A DNA stretch of 64,000 bases. Source: the human T2T-CHM13v2.0 reference genome, Homo sapiens. The notes beneath the pieces are model-generated. The model was not told where the DNA came from. It worked only from the letters and a program-made list of their open reading frames with translations, and did not search any database. Positions 28,441 through 41,985 of this stretch are shown here, one piece after another. Positions within the stretch are counted from its first letter, which is position 1. Each line of letters opens with the position of its first letter. Both the position numbers and the translations under genes were made by a program. The DNA lies in assembly GCF_009914755.1 (NCBI RefSeq), contig NC_060947.1; one strand, given 5' to 3'.

Positions 28441-29474
28441 ATGAAAAAAAAAGAAAGAATGAACTAAAGCCAAAAATTTTTAATAAGTTTGAGGCAAAAG
28501 ACTGGTTTGCTTTTCCCTTATTTGATATGAAATGCACATCATACAATTAATATTTTGATCTCACTAGAGTCTAATAGAAATTACAGTATCACATCTTGTC
28601 AAACACAGAATCTTGGCTTCACAGTAATTCAGAGGTCAATTATTTATACAAATGGAGTTCAAGTTATAGATTTAATTTTCAGACCAAAAGTTTCTCACAT
28701 TAAAACCCACTTGCTTCAGTTCATTTTGCAGATACGAAATATGTTTTCTTGGTATTATGAATCTCTTGTTTTACCCTCTGTTTCATTATGTAATCAATGG
28801 ATGTGAAAAATGAAGGTGTCATGAAATGTCAGAATCTTTAAAAAAATCTTCAAAATTATTTAACTGCTATTTAATTGAAGAAGTTTTTCATAGGTATTGT
28901 ATTAAATTATATTTATTTATATCTCATCAGAGTAACAGTATTACAGCTCTGCCGGAAGCTTATATTGAAAGAGAAATCACATAAATTCTCATGTAGCATA
29001 TTTGTAAAGAAAGAATATGTTGACAACTTTCTTTTTGGTGACACGTCAGGAGTTGTGAGGGATTGAACTGCCTGCAATTATTGTTTAACTACATGAAATT
29101 ACCATTTAAAAACTGTCCACTAAAAAAATACCAAATAAATTTGTAGACTCATAGCAGGAGACATTATACTTTATTTTTTAAAATAGCTGAACTTTTGGTA
29201 AGACGGAAAATTCCATGATTTGCCATAAATGTATAATTTATCTATAGAGAATAATTGTATTTGGATATAGTAATAAACTCTTTATGGAGTGTGCTGAATC
29301 TACAAACTTTCAGGAACTTTGATTACAAGGACCATCAGAGAAAGGAGAACTGAAATTTTACGTTACAAAATTGCTCTACCCAAATTTTCAATCAATTGTT
29401 AGAATAAGTTCAATGTTGGGTCATTTTTGTATTTTATGCTTCAAAGAAAATGACCATTCAGTGATTCATCTGGG

Positions 29475-29735
29475 GGCAGAATATCAGAGTGGTTAAGAAG
29501 ATGGGGTCTGGAGCCAGACCACTTGGTTTCAAAATGTGGCAGTGTGTTTTAAGAAAATTACTTTAATACCTTGATGTTCAATGCATCCATCTTGAAAATG
29601 TTGGTAGCCTTCATATTTAACTTATGGGATTGTTGAGAAGATAAAATAGGCGAATATGAATAAAGATGGAAGACCTACAACAGTGTCAACATCTCAAGAA
29701 ATGTTAGTTGTTGCTGTTGTTGTTTTTATTAGTAT
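29475..29735 (+). mobile_element. MIR SINE
   Basis: agagtggttaagaagatggggtctggagccagaccacttggtttcaaa ... gggattgttgagaagataaaat. Confidence 0.75.
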
Positions 29736-29795
29736 TATTCAAGAGGATGTGAAAATTGAAGTTTTGTCTGATGTGCCAATACCGTATATGATAAT

Positions 29796-31138
29796 TGTCA
29801 TATATTCAAGAGAGTATGAGACTGAATAGCTGGGAGGAAGCTTCAAAGTGGATAACTCAAAAGAATCTTCATGTCTTTGAAGACTTCACCCACTTTGAGA
29901 ATATAAACGAATCTAGAATGGAGAGGCAGAGGGGGCTGGCCAAATTTGTTGAGAAAGAGCTGCTGCAGTGTATCCCATATCCTTCAGGTGGGGTGAGGCA
30001 GACCTTTTACACCTGACCTCCAAAGGGTGGAGAAGTCAGTGGGACCACTCAGAGAGGTTAATGAGCAGTGTACTGATGCCTCATTTATACCTGTGAGAGT
30101 TAAAGCATGTATGAACAAGGGGAAGAGAGAGAAAGAGTGAGAATAAAGGGCCACAAAATGATATCCCTGAGGGCTAGAGGAAGGCAAGAGGAGTAAAAGA
30201 AAGCATGAGTGTTTCTCACAGAGTAAATGTGAGCCACAGGGAAAAAAAGACCATCTGGAGACATTTTAAGACCTTCCTGGCCAGGCGCGGTGGCTCATGC
30301 CTGTAATCCCAGCACTTTGGGAGGCCGAGGTAGGCGGATCACCTGTGGTCAGGAGTTCGAGACCAGCCTGGCCAGCATGGCGAAACCCCAGTGCTACTAA
30401 AAATACAAAACCTAGCTGGGCGTGGTGGTGTACACCTGTAATCCCAGCTACTCTGGAGGCTGAGGCAAGAGAATCACTTGAACCCGGGGACGGAGGTTGC
30501 AGTGAGCCGAGATTGCGCCACTGCACTCCAGCCTCGGCAACAGGGCGAGACTCTGTCAAAAAAAAAAAAAAAAACCTTCCTAGGAATAGACTCTCCAGGT
30601 AATGTGGGTCCTTAGAGATGCTAGTTCTAAGGAGACAGTGACCATCCAAATGGGAGGCTCACACAATCACAGGAGTTGGGTGCAAGCTGGGGACCAATGA
30701 CAAACCCACAGAAGTACCCAGCAGTGAAAGATTTATTTGTAGACATTTGCCGTTCACCAACCAAATAAGAATAGTTTTGCCATTATGTCTCTTTCTTTAC
30801 TCCTCCCTGCCTCTGTGTTCCTAAGTGTGGATATGACAGGGCGGGGAAGCTGGTGGTCTAGGTGACCCATTATAAGGTGTATCAAGGACAAAGGGAGATC
30901 TCTGAGCTTTGACTGACAATTGAAATGTTCATTTGCGTGATCTTAGACTGGACACTACAGTGCTACTTATACCTTAAAGTCTGGCTGGCTATAGAGCATG
31001 GAATCATGGGAATTTCTGAGTTTTCTTCAAGTGACATGGGCAGTTTATCCCCATTGACTAAAACTAATCCTTAAAAGGAAAGAAGCCCAAAGTTCCCATA
31101 AGTTTGAAATGCTTATGCTGTTCTGCTGGTTTGTTACA
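29796..31138 (+). mobile_element. Possible ancient Gypsy-type LTR (MamGypLTR-like), interrupted by an Alu
   Basis: Purine-rich block bounded by TGT...GTTACA; tagactggacact and cagtttatccccattga resemble recalled MamGypLTR 3' motifs. Confidence 0.35.
30279..30574 (+). mobile_element. AluS (Sx/Sz-like)
   Basis: Full dimer, A17 tail, ACCTTCCT on both flanks. Confidence 0.95.
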
Positions 31139-31499
31139 ACAAAAGAAAAAGCAATCATAAACTGCATATACAGAGCACATGAATAAATGGGAAGGATCCT
31201 GGCCTAATACAGCATTACTAAACTAAATGCTCATATGATTCAGTGCCTAGGCTACCACATGAATTAAAAATGACCTTATGTAATGAATTAATTTCCAAAA
31301 TAAATAGAACAAAGAGAAAATCATCTTAGCATCTTCTTACCTTAAATGAGTATCGGAGAGGTCAATAATAAGACATGACATTGTTTCCAAATTATTAAAA
31401 TGATTTGAAAATATATTTCATAAATTGTAATTATAAGTAATAATAATGTGCAAACTCTCTACTGGATTTTATATATACGCACTGTGTTCAACATTTTAA

Positions 31500-31945
<446 letters not shown>

Positions 31946-32245
31946 GAATATATATTTTAATACTAAGTTTTGATTTATTTTTGCTTGATTTTAAATGAGG
32001 CAGAAATATGGAATTCATATACTTGCTTGTAGATAAAACATGTTCCACTTTAAAACCATGAAACGAAGTTTACTTTCTTTGGGGATATTTTAAGTGTTGA
32101 ACCTAGAACTCTAAATCTTGAGGGTCATAAATATCAGTCAAAAATATTTTCATTATAAATAATTATCTTCAGAAATACTCTTAATATCAGACTTTTTAAA
32201 AACTAACAATGCTAGTTTTATGGTGTCAAATTTTGTATTTTTAAT

Positions 32246-32535
32246 TTTTTTTAAGGGACAGGGTCTTGCTCAGGTTAGAGTGCAGTGGCATAATCATAGC
32301 TTACTGCGACTTCAAACTCCTAGGCTCAAGCGATCCTCCCACCTCAGCCTTCCAAGTAGCTATTACTACAGGCACGCACTATAATACCTGGCTAATTTTT
32401 ATTTTATTTTTTTTTGGTGGAGAGGGAGTCTTGCTATATTGCCCAGGCTGGTCTCAATTTCCTGTCCTCAAGGAATCCTCCTGCCTCGGCCTCCCAATGT
32501 GCTGGAATTACAGATGTGACCCACAGTGCCTAGCC
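32246..32535 (-). mobile_element. AluJ
   Basis: J-type atcatagcttactgc...ggctcaagcgatcctcccacctcagcc; TSD TGT(A/C)TTTTTAAT. Confidence 0.93.
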
Positions 32536-32692
32536 TGTCTTTTTAATGTCAATTATAGATATCTTAAAAGAAGTTTCCTATTACATTTTAATAAAATGCA
32601 TTATTTATTAATTAGTGCTTGAGGGATACAATATTGATATTGTCTGTTGGAAGGCCGACTAACATGTTAAAAGATAGTAATAGAAAACCTAT

Positions 32693-33027
<335 letters not shown>

Positions 33028-33215
33028 TCACCCAGGTTGAACTAAATCTAGCTTACTTTTCCTTAATGTACTATAAGAGAAATTTTGTTCAAAAAATAAT
33101 AGGTTCTCTTTTATTATATATTACATTGTCTTATCTTCTTTGATCCAACTTTTCATATAACTTAATTGCAGTTAAACCTTATTGCGGTTCCATGACCATA
33201 GAATTCTACCTTTCA

Positions 33216-33345
33216 ATTTTTTTAATTTTTTTATTTTTATAAATTTAGGGGATAGAAGTACAGTTTTATTACATGGATATATTGCATAGTGGTAAAGTCT
33301 GGGCTTCTGGTATAGCCTTCAGCCAAATAGTGAGCATTGTACCCT
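33216..33345 (-). mobile_element. L1PB-type 3' tail fragment
   Basis: T-rich tail, then aatttagggg...cagttttattacatggatatattgcatagtggtaaagtctgggctt. Confidence 0.75.
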
Positions 33346-33518
33346 ATATAGCCTCCACATATTAAATTCATCGTTCAATATTAATAAATTTACTATGAAC
33401 TTGTTAATCACTTTTAGAAGAACCAATATTTAAAAACCCAACTGTAAAGAATGATAGAACTGTAAAGTAATAATAATGAGCAACTGTGCTTTATACACTA
33501 TTTCGTGTCTATTACTTC

Positions 33519-33818
33519 TTTTTTTGTTTGTTTGTTTTGAGACAGAGTCTTGCTGTGTCGCCCAGGCTGGAGTACAGTGGCACAATCTTGGCTCACTGAA
33601 ACCTCTGCCTCCTGGGTTTGAGTGATTCTCGTTCCTCAGCCTCCCAAGTAGCCGGGATTACAGGCGCCCACCACCACACCCAACTAATTTTTGTATTTTT
33701 AGTAGAGATGGGGCTTCACCATGTTGGCCAGGCTGGCCTTAAACTCCTGAGCGCAAGTGTTCAGCCTGCCTTGGCCTCCCAAAGTGTTGGGATTACAGGC
33801 ATGAGCCACCATGCCTAT
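33519..33818 (-). mobile_element. AluS, inserted in a MIR
   Basis: Full antisense Alu; 13-bp TSD TGTCTATTACTTC at 33506-33518 and 33819-33831; MIR core (cccattttacaaatgagcagact) continues downstream. Confidence 0.95.
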
Positions 33819-34200
33819 TGTCTATTACTTCATTTGACCAACTTTGGCCCTCCTCCTAGCCCCATATGGCAGGCATTTTCATAATCCCATTTTACAAATG
33901 AGCAGACTAACATTCACAGTCATTACGATACTTTCCCAAAGCCATGTAGCTAGTGGACGGTGGAGCATACACTGAGACTCTGTTCTGCGGAAACCTGTCC
34001 ATAACATCCCTTCCTTGCTAGCAATATATTTATAGTGAGAAAACATGGACTTGAGCTTCAGATTTAGTACTTGATACCTATGTGGAATTAGAGCCACGTT
34101 TTTAACATTAGGTCCTCCCCTTGTAATATGGAGATGAAATAAGAATTTCTTTGGGTTCTTGTTAACGAATAAACAAGTTAATGTATTTTTTAAAGCACTT

Positions 34201-34566
34201 TGTATTAGTCCATTTTCATGCTGCTGACAAAGACGTACCCTAAACTGGACAATTTACAAAAGCAAAAGATTTAAAGGACTTAAAGTTCCACATGGCTGGT
34301 GAGGCCTCACAATCATGGCAGAAGGCAAGGAGGAGCAAGTCACATCTTACGTGGATGGCAGCAGGCAAGGAGAGAGCTGGTGCAGAGAAACTCCCGTTTT
34401 TAAAACCATCGGATCTTGTGAGACCCATTCAGTATCACGAGAACAGCATGGGAAAGACCCGCCCACATGATTCAGTCATCTCCCACCGGGTCCCTCCCAC
34501 AACATGTGGGAATTATGGGAGCTACAAGATGAGATTTGGCTGGGGACATTGAACCAAATCATATCA
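34201..34566 (-). mobile_element. THE1 (B/C-like) MaLR LTR, the 3' LTR
   Basis: tgtattagtccattttcatgctgctgacaaagac ... ggcctcacaatcatggcagaaggcaaggaggagcaagtcacatcttac ... aaccaaatcatatca. Confidence 0.95.
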
Positions 34567-34945
34567 TTCTGCCCCTGGCCCCTCCTAAATCTCATATATT
34601 CACATTTTAAAAGCAATCATGCCTTCCTAACAGTCCCCCAAAGTCTTAACTCATTCCAACTTTAACTCAGAAGTCCACAGTCCAATGTCTCATCTGAGAC
34701 AAGGCAAGTCTCTTCCACCTATGAGCCTGTAAAATCAAAAGCAAGTTAGTTACTTCCTGGATACAGTGGGGGTACAGGCATTGGGTAAATTCAGCCATTC
34801 CAAATGGGGGAAATTGACCAAAACAAAGGGGCTACAGGCCTCATGCAAGTCTGAAATACAGCACGGCAGTCAAATCTTAAAGCCCCAAAATGATCTCCTT
34901 TGACTCCATATCTCACATCCAGGTCATGCTGATGCAAAAGATGGG
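34567..34945 (-). mobile_element. THE1 internal sequence (3' part with polypurine tract), truncated
   Basis: The minus strand reads GGAGGGGCCAGGGGCAGAA (PPT) directly before the LTR; THE1-int motifs cagtcccccaaagtcttaactcatt and tcatctgagacaaggcaagtc. Confidence 0.9.
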
Positions 34946-36295
34946 CCAAATACTTAGAGCCAACTGATTGTTTGACAAACCCAACAAAAATATCAAGTGG
35001 GGAAAGGACACCCTATTTAACAAATGGTGCTGGGATAATTGGAAGCCACATGTAGAAGAATGAAACTGGATCCTCATCTCTCACTTTATACAAAAATCAA
35101 CTCAAGATGGATCAAAGACTTAAGACCTGAAACCATAAAGATTCTAGAAGATAACACCAGAAAAACCCTTCTAGACATTGGCTTAGGAAAAGACTTCATG
35201 ACCATGAACCCAAAAGCAAATGTAAAAAAAACAAAGATAAACAGATGGACTTACATAAATGAAAAAGCTTCTGCACAGCAAAAGAAAAAATCAGCAGAGT
35301 TAACAGACAACCCGCAGAGTGGGAGAAAATCTTCACAATCTATATATGCAACAAAGGACTGATATCCAGAATCTGCAAAGAACTCAAACAAATCAGCGAG
35401 AAAAAAATAATCCCATCAAAAAGTGGGCTAAGGACATGAGTAGACAATTCTCAAAGGAAGATACACAAATGGCCAACAAGCATATGGAAAAATGCTCAAC
35501 ATCACTAGTTCTCAGGGAAATGCAAATTAAAACCACAATGCAGTACCATCTCACTCCTGCAGGAATGTTCATAAACAAAAAAATAAAAAAAAAATAGTTG
35601 TTGGCATTGATATGGTGAAAGGGAACACTTTTATGCTATTGGTGGGAATGTAAACTAGTACAACCGCTATGGAAAACAGTGTAGAGATTTCTTAAAGAAC
35701 CAAAAGTAGATCTTTTGATCCAGCATTCTCACTACTAGGTATGTACCCAGAGGAAAATAAGTAATTATATGAAAAAAAGATACCTGCACATGCATGTTTA
35801 TAGCAGCACAATTTGCAGTTGCAAAAATATGGAACCAGCCCAAATGCCCATCAATCAACAAGTGGATAAAGAAAATGTGGTATATGTATGCTATAGAATA
35901 CTACTCAGCTCTAAAAAGGAATGAAACAGTGGCATTTGTAGCAACCTGGATGGAATTGGAAACTATTATTCTAAGTGAAGTAACTCAGGAATGGAAAACC
36001 ATACATCCTATGTTCTCATTCGTATGTGGGAACTAAGCTATGAGGACGCAAAGGCATAAGAATGATACATTGGACTTTGGGGACTCGGAGAAAGGGTGGG
36101 GGTTGGTGAGGAATAAAATACTACACACTGGGTACAGGATACATTGCTTCAGTGATGGGTCCACCAAAGTGATGGGTGACTCAGAAGTCACCTCTATAGG
36201 ATTTATGTAACCAAACACTACCTGTTCCCCAGAAACCTATTGAAATAATAAAATAAAATAAAATAAAATAAAATAAATATATAACAGGAAAAAAA
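34946..36295 (+). mobile_element. L1PB 3' fragment (degenerate ORF2 C-terminus plus 3' UTR)
   Basis: ORF-track peptides KLDPHLSLYTKINSRWIKDL and MFIAAQFAVAKIWNQPKCPS are L1 ORF2; (AAAAT)n tail at about 36244-36280. Confidence 0.93.
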
Positions 36296-36414
36296 ATTGC
36301 TTTTTTTCCCAGTTACAAATATACTCACATATATTTTAAATTTTCTAAATTCTTCTTTTCACTCTGAGCTTTTCTATGTAAGATTTATTTTTGTGTCTAG
36401 TGTAGAAATATACT

Positions 36415-38855
36415 TTTTATTGATTTTAAGTGACAAATAATAATTGTGTATATTTTTGAACTATAATGGGATGTTTTGATCTATGTATACATTGTACAAA
36501 GAGTCACTCAAGCTAATAAACATATCCATCTTTTCATCAATTTACCATACTATTGTGGCAAGAACATTAAAAATCTATTCCGTCTGCCAGTTTCCAGTTT
36601 GAAATACACACTACATTATTAACTGTGGTCACCGTAGAGTGCAATAAATAACTAAAACTTTTCCTCCAATTTAACAGAAATTTTATTACCTCCTGCCCCC
36701 CTCTGCAGCCTCTGGCAACCACCTTTCTACTCTGTTTCTATAAAATCAACTGTTTTAGATTCTGTGTGTGAGGTCGTATAGTATTTGTCTTTCTGTGAAT
36801 GGCTTACTTCACTTAGCATAATGTCTTCCAGTTCAATCTATATAGTTGCAAATGGTAGATTTTTTAAAGGCCGTATAATATTCCATTGTGTATATATACC
36901 ACATTATCTTTATCCATTCATCTGTTGATGGACACTTAGTTTGGTTCCATATGTTGGCTACTGTGAGTAATGCTGAAATAAACATGGGAGTGCAGATAGC
37001 TCTTCAACATGCCAATTTCAATTCCTTGGGAAATATACCCAGAAGTGGGATTGTTAGATTATATGGTAATTATATTTTTAGTTTTTTGATAAACCTCTAT
37101 ACTATTTCCAAAATTACTGCACTAGTTTACATTCCTGCCAACGGTGTACAAGGGTTGTCTTTTATCCACACACTTGCCAACACTTGTTATCATTCCTCTT
37201 TTGATAATACTCATTCTAACAGGTGTGAGGTGTTATTCCATTGTGGTTTCAATTTGCATTTTACTAGTGATTAGAGATGTTGAGCATTTATTTCATGTAT
37301 CTGTTGGCCATTTGTATCTCTTCTTTTGATAAATATTTGTTCAGATCCTTTGTCCATATTTTAATTGGGTTATTTGTTTTCCTGCTGTTGAGTTGTTTGA
37401 GTTCCTTATATATTTGGGATATTAGCCTGTTATTAGATGTATGGTTTGATGCAATCCTATCTGTCTTGTTTTTGCTTTCGTTACCTGTGCTTTTGTAGTC
37501 CTATCCAAGAAATCATTGCCCAGACTGATGTTGTGGTGTTTTTCCCCTATGTTTTCTGCAAGTAGCTTTAGAGTTTCAGGTCTTACATTTAAGCCTTTTG
37601 TTCATTTTGAGTTGAGTTATGTATATGGTGTGACATATACGGTGTTCAGTTTCATTCTTCTACATGTGGATATCCAGTTTTTCCAACACTATTTTTTTTG
37701 GAGAAATCGCCATTTCCCCATTGTGTTTTCTTAGCACCTTTTTGAAAATCAATTGTTCATAAATATATGGGTTTGTTTCTGGGCTTTCTATCCTGTTCCA
37801 TTGGTCGATGTGTCTCTTTTTTTGTTTTGTTTTGTTTTGTTTTGTCGGGACCATACTGTTTTGATTACAATAGCTCTGTAAGATATTTTGAAATCAGGGA
37901 GTGTGATGCCTCCAGTGTTGGTCTTTTTGCTCATGTTTGCTTTTGCTTTTTGGAGTCTTTGCTGGTTCCATATGAATTTTAGGATTGCTTTTTCTATTTC
38001 TGTGAAAAATAACATTGGAATTTCGATAAGTACACCAAGGAATCTGTAGATCACTTTGGGTAGTATGGACATTTTAACAATATTAAATCTTCCAATCTAT
38101 GAACATGTGATATCTTTCCATTTATTTGTGTATTCTTCAATTTCTTTCATTCATGTTTTACAGTTTTCAGTGTACAGATCTTTCACCTCTTTGGTGAATT
38201 TACTTCTAAGTATTTTACTGTTTTTATTGCTATTAAATGAAATTATTAATTTCTTTTTCAGATAGCTCATTGTTACTGCATAGCAATGCAACAGATTTTT
38301 GTATGTTGACTTTATAACCCACAACTTTACTGAATTTAAGTATCTCGATTCTAATAGATTTTGGTGGAATATTTCTTTAAGGTTTTCCATATATAAGATC
38401 ATGTCATCAGCAAACAGACTATTTCACTTCTTCTGTTCTCATATTGATGCCTTTTATTTATCTCTCTTGGCTAATTGCCCCAGGTAGGATTTTCAGCATC
38501 ATGTTACATACAAGTAGCAAGAGTTGGCATCCTTGTCTTGTTCTTGATCTTTGAGAATAAGCTTTCAATTTTTTATCATTAGGATAATGTTAGCCGTGGG
38601 TGTGTCATATATGGCCTTTATTGTGTTGAGATTCATTTCTTCTATATCTACTTTGTTGAGTTTTTTTTTTTAACCATGAAAGGATGTTGAATTTTCTCAA
38701 ATGTTTTTTCTACATCTATTGAGATGATTATATGATTTTTTTGTTGTTCGTTTTGTTAATATGATATATCACATTTATTGATTTACATGATTTTTAATTT
38801 ACATATGTTGAACCATCCTTTCATCCCTGGGAAAATTCCCACTTGATCATGGTGA
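36415..38855 (-). mobile_element. L1MA 3' fragment of about 2.4 kb
   Basis: Antisense ORF2 remnants ([13 protein letters not shown]; GGITLPDFK; MILYMENLK) plus an L1MA-type 3' UTR; nested in older L1 debris. Confidence 0.93.
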
Positions 38856-39349
38856 AGTAGTAATACGTCTTTGTATTTTATATATATACACACATACATA
38901 TATGTGTGTGTGTATATATATATATATAATATATATATAATGTTTTGTTCTAGAAACTTTTATTGAATAGTTTATCTTTTCTTCCCTTATTTTTGTGACA
39001 TTTTTAACACTTAAGTTTCCATGTGTGGATCTGATCTTAGATTACTAAATTTATTTTATTGGTCTATTTGTTCCTGTATGTATACCTTACTATATTTACT
39101 AACAAACAGTTTTATAAAAGAAATTTATGGAAATCTTGTTATCTGCTAGATAACCTCTTGTTTGTTATCTTAAATTTATGTTCTATTCTTGACTTTGCTA
39201 TTAAGTGTGAATCTTCGGATCTGTTTATCAAAATCTGTGAAAATTCCTACTGAAATTTATTTTTTAAAAATTGATTCCAATTTATAGATAAGTTTAGAGA
39301 ATCATCACCTTTATCTTTATAATTCTGAGTCTTTTTATCCATGAGCATG

Positions 39350-39372
39350 GTGTGTGTGTGTGTGTGTGTGTG

Positions 39373-39408
<36 letters not shown>
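39350..39408. repeat. (GT)n-AT-(AC)n palindromic microsatellite
   Basis: Directly visible; perfect palindrome at 39350-39399. Confidence 0.95.
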
Positions 39409-39410
<2 letters not shown>

Positions 39411-39493
39411 TATATATTTTCCCATTATTTAGGCCTCTTTACATCTTTTAATATTTTTTAGGTTTAAACTTCTCATTCAGTTAATCAGGTCCT

Positions 39494-39800
<307 letters not shown>

Positions 39801-41807
39801 AGGTCCTCATTTCTTCATGTGTGAATTGAAAATAATTATTTTTTCTCTGTATATTTACAGATATAAATTTGAAGATAAAATTAAATGATGCTTATGAACC
39901 AATTACATAAATAATAAGGTTTTGTGTTTATTATTTTTTAAACAGAGGTATGGGTGTATTTTATGCTTAATAGTACATCATGATTATCTAGATTCTATTT
40001 AATTATTCTCTTTCCCCCCAGTGTAAAAGTTAGGATCTTATAATTATTTAAGGTAATTGTTATTCTTCAACATTAAGAAAATCATTGTTGTGTTTAATGA
40101 TGTCTGGAATGCTCAGTAAACCATGATTTTTTATTAATCTTATGCAGTCTTTGATTAATGAGAAATATAAACGATCATTTAGTCAATTATTTATTATATC
40201 ACCTACTAGGTTGCTAAGCACTGAATCAGTTTTAAGATAGTTGTCTTCATTCAGGGAACAAAATAAAAGATGGTAAGAAGTTTTGAGGGCCCAGTACTGA
40301 TCAATGTTCTTTTAAGTTTAGCAGTCTACAGACTTTACTAAATGTGGAAGTTTTAAACATTATTTTATTATTGCTGTTTTTTTGGAGAAAAAAATGATTC
40401 CAAATTTTCTTCTTTTTTTTTTTTGTGGTTGTAAGTGACGTGAAACTATAGGATTTATTTTTCCATTGGCTTCTTTTAATTAAACATTTTAATAACATGT
40501 ATTATCCAAAACTTGCTATACCAACTATGTAATCACCTCTTCCTTCTATTTTTATGAATATACTATCTGACGACTAAGGTGATATCAGAAAATTTTCACT
40601 CAAATGAATAAAAAAAAGAATGACAATGAATTGAATGTATATGCTTCAGTAGATAATTTATAAAGAAAATTTAATACTCTAGGAATGATGCTATACAAGC
40701 TGGCGTGTCAAATAATAAATAATTTTAAAATAGGACAAGGACCTTCATACACTGAGGAATGATATAAAAATACAAAAATATTTTAATTGTTTAAAATAAG
40801 AACTTAAATCTAAAGGAGATACTTATGATGTCTAAATATGAAATTCTATACTCAGGTTGAAAAATTATATTCTATAAAGGCAGACTGAAGTATATTAATA
40901 TTGTTAGCAGTTAGTTGATGGTGACCGTATGTAAGTTACTGTGTTGAGTTAAATATTTTATGACTATGTAGCCCATATGAATGGAAGACATTTGAGTAAA
41001 AAGAGTATATTTCTTGTGGAGTCTACATTGGTGCATTGTGGTAAAATATAAGAACTACTTTTTAAGAGGGGCATTGATTAATCAAACTGCATTCTGACAT
41101 AAGTAACTGGGTTGATAAAAACAATCTGAAAACTCTCACATGAAAATGGATTGAAGGGCTAGAAGATATTACACTGAAAAGATAAATCTGGTGCAATGGA
41201 CAAATCAGTTTGAATACTTGAGTAGTTGTTATATATGGGACCAAATTAAGTTTTATTTACTCCAGAAGAACCACTAAACTGTTAAAGGGCAGGTTTCATT
41301 TCAAACAAATTTTTTTAGCCAATTAAATTATCTAAATTTGGTAAAGTCTCATTTGTAATTAGTAGAGGAGCTTCCTAATTTGAGTAGAAGACTGAACTAG
41401 GTAACTGTCAGCCATTATTTAACAAATATTTATGAAGTACATACAATATACAAGGTGTTAAAAAATTATAAAGAAAGATCACTGATCCTTAATGGTATGT
41501 GATTATAGATTTTAATCTATAAAGGAAATGTTTCTTGTAGCTATTTGATACATATAAAGTTTAGAGTAACTTCGTAATAATTAATACATTGCATATATCA
41601 AATAGTGATCAGTGTATACTAATTATACAGTTCTCCACCAAGTAGGGTAGGTACAGACATGAGAAGACAAGACTTGATTAAATTTTAAAAATGGATTCAG
41701 TAATTGGATTAATTTGTTTAGAGCAAAGGATTTTCTTAGGTGGAAAATGAGAAAAATGATCTAATGAAGTTGTGCTTCAAGAGAAACAAAGTGAAAGAGA
41801 GCTGGAG

Positions 41808-41985
41808 TCCCAGTGTGACCCCTAGACCAGAAGCATCACCTGGGAATTTGTTAAAAATGCAAATTCCTGGGTCCCACTCCAGACCTACTGAATCAAAAAC
41901 TCAGTGTTGGCGGGGTGGAGTAGCAAGGTGTGGTTTAACAAGCCCTTCAGGTGACTGTGATTCATACTAAATTTGAACAGCAGTG
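41808..41985. mobile_element. MER5A (hAT-Charlie)
   Basis: gcatcacctgggaatttgttaaaaatgcaaattcctgggtcccactccagacctactgaatca ... tttaacaagcccttcaggtgact. Confidence 0.88.
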
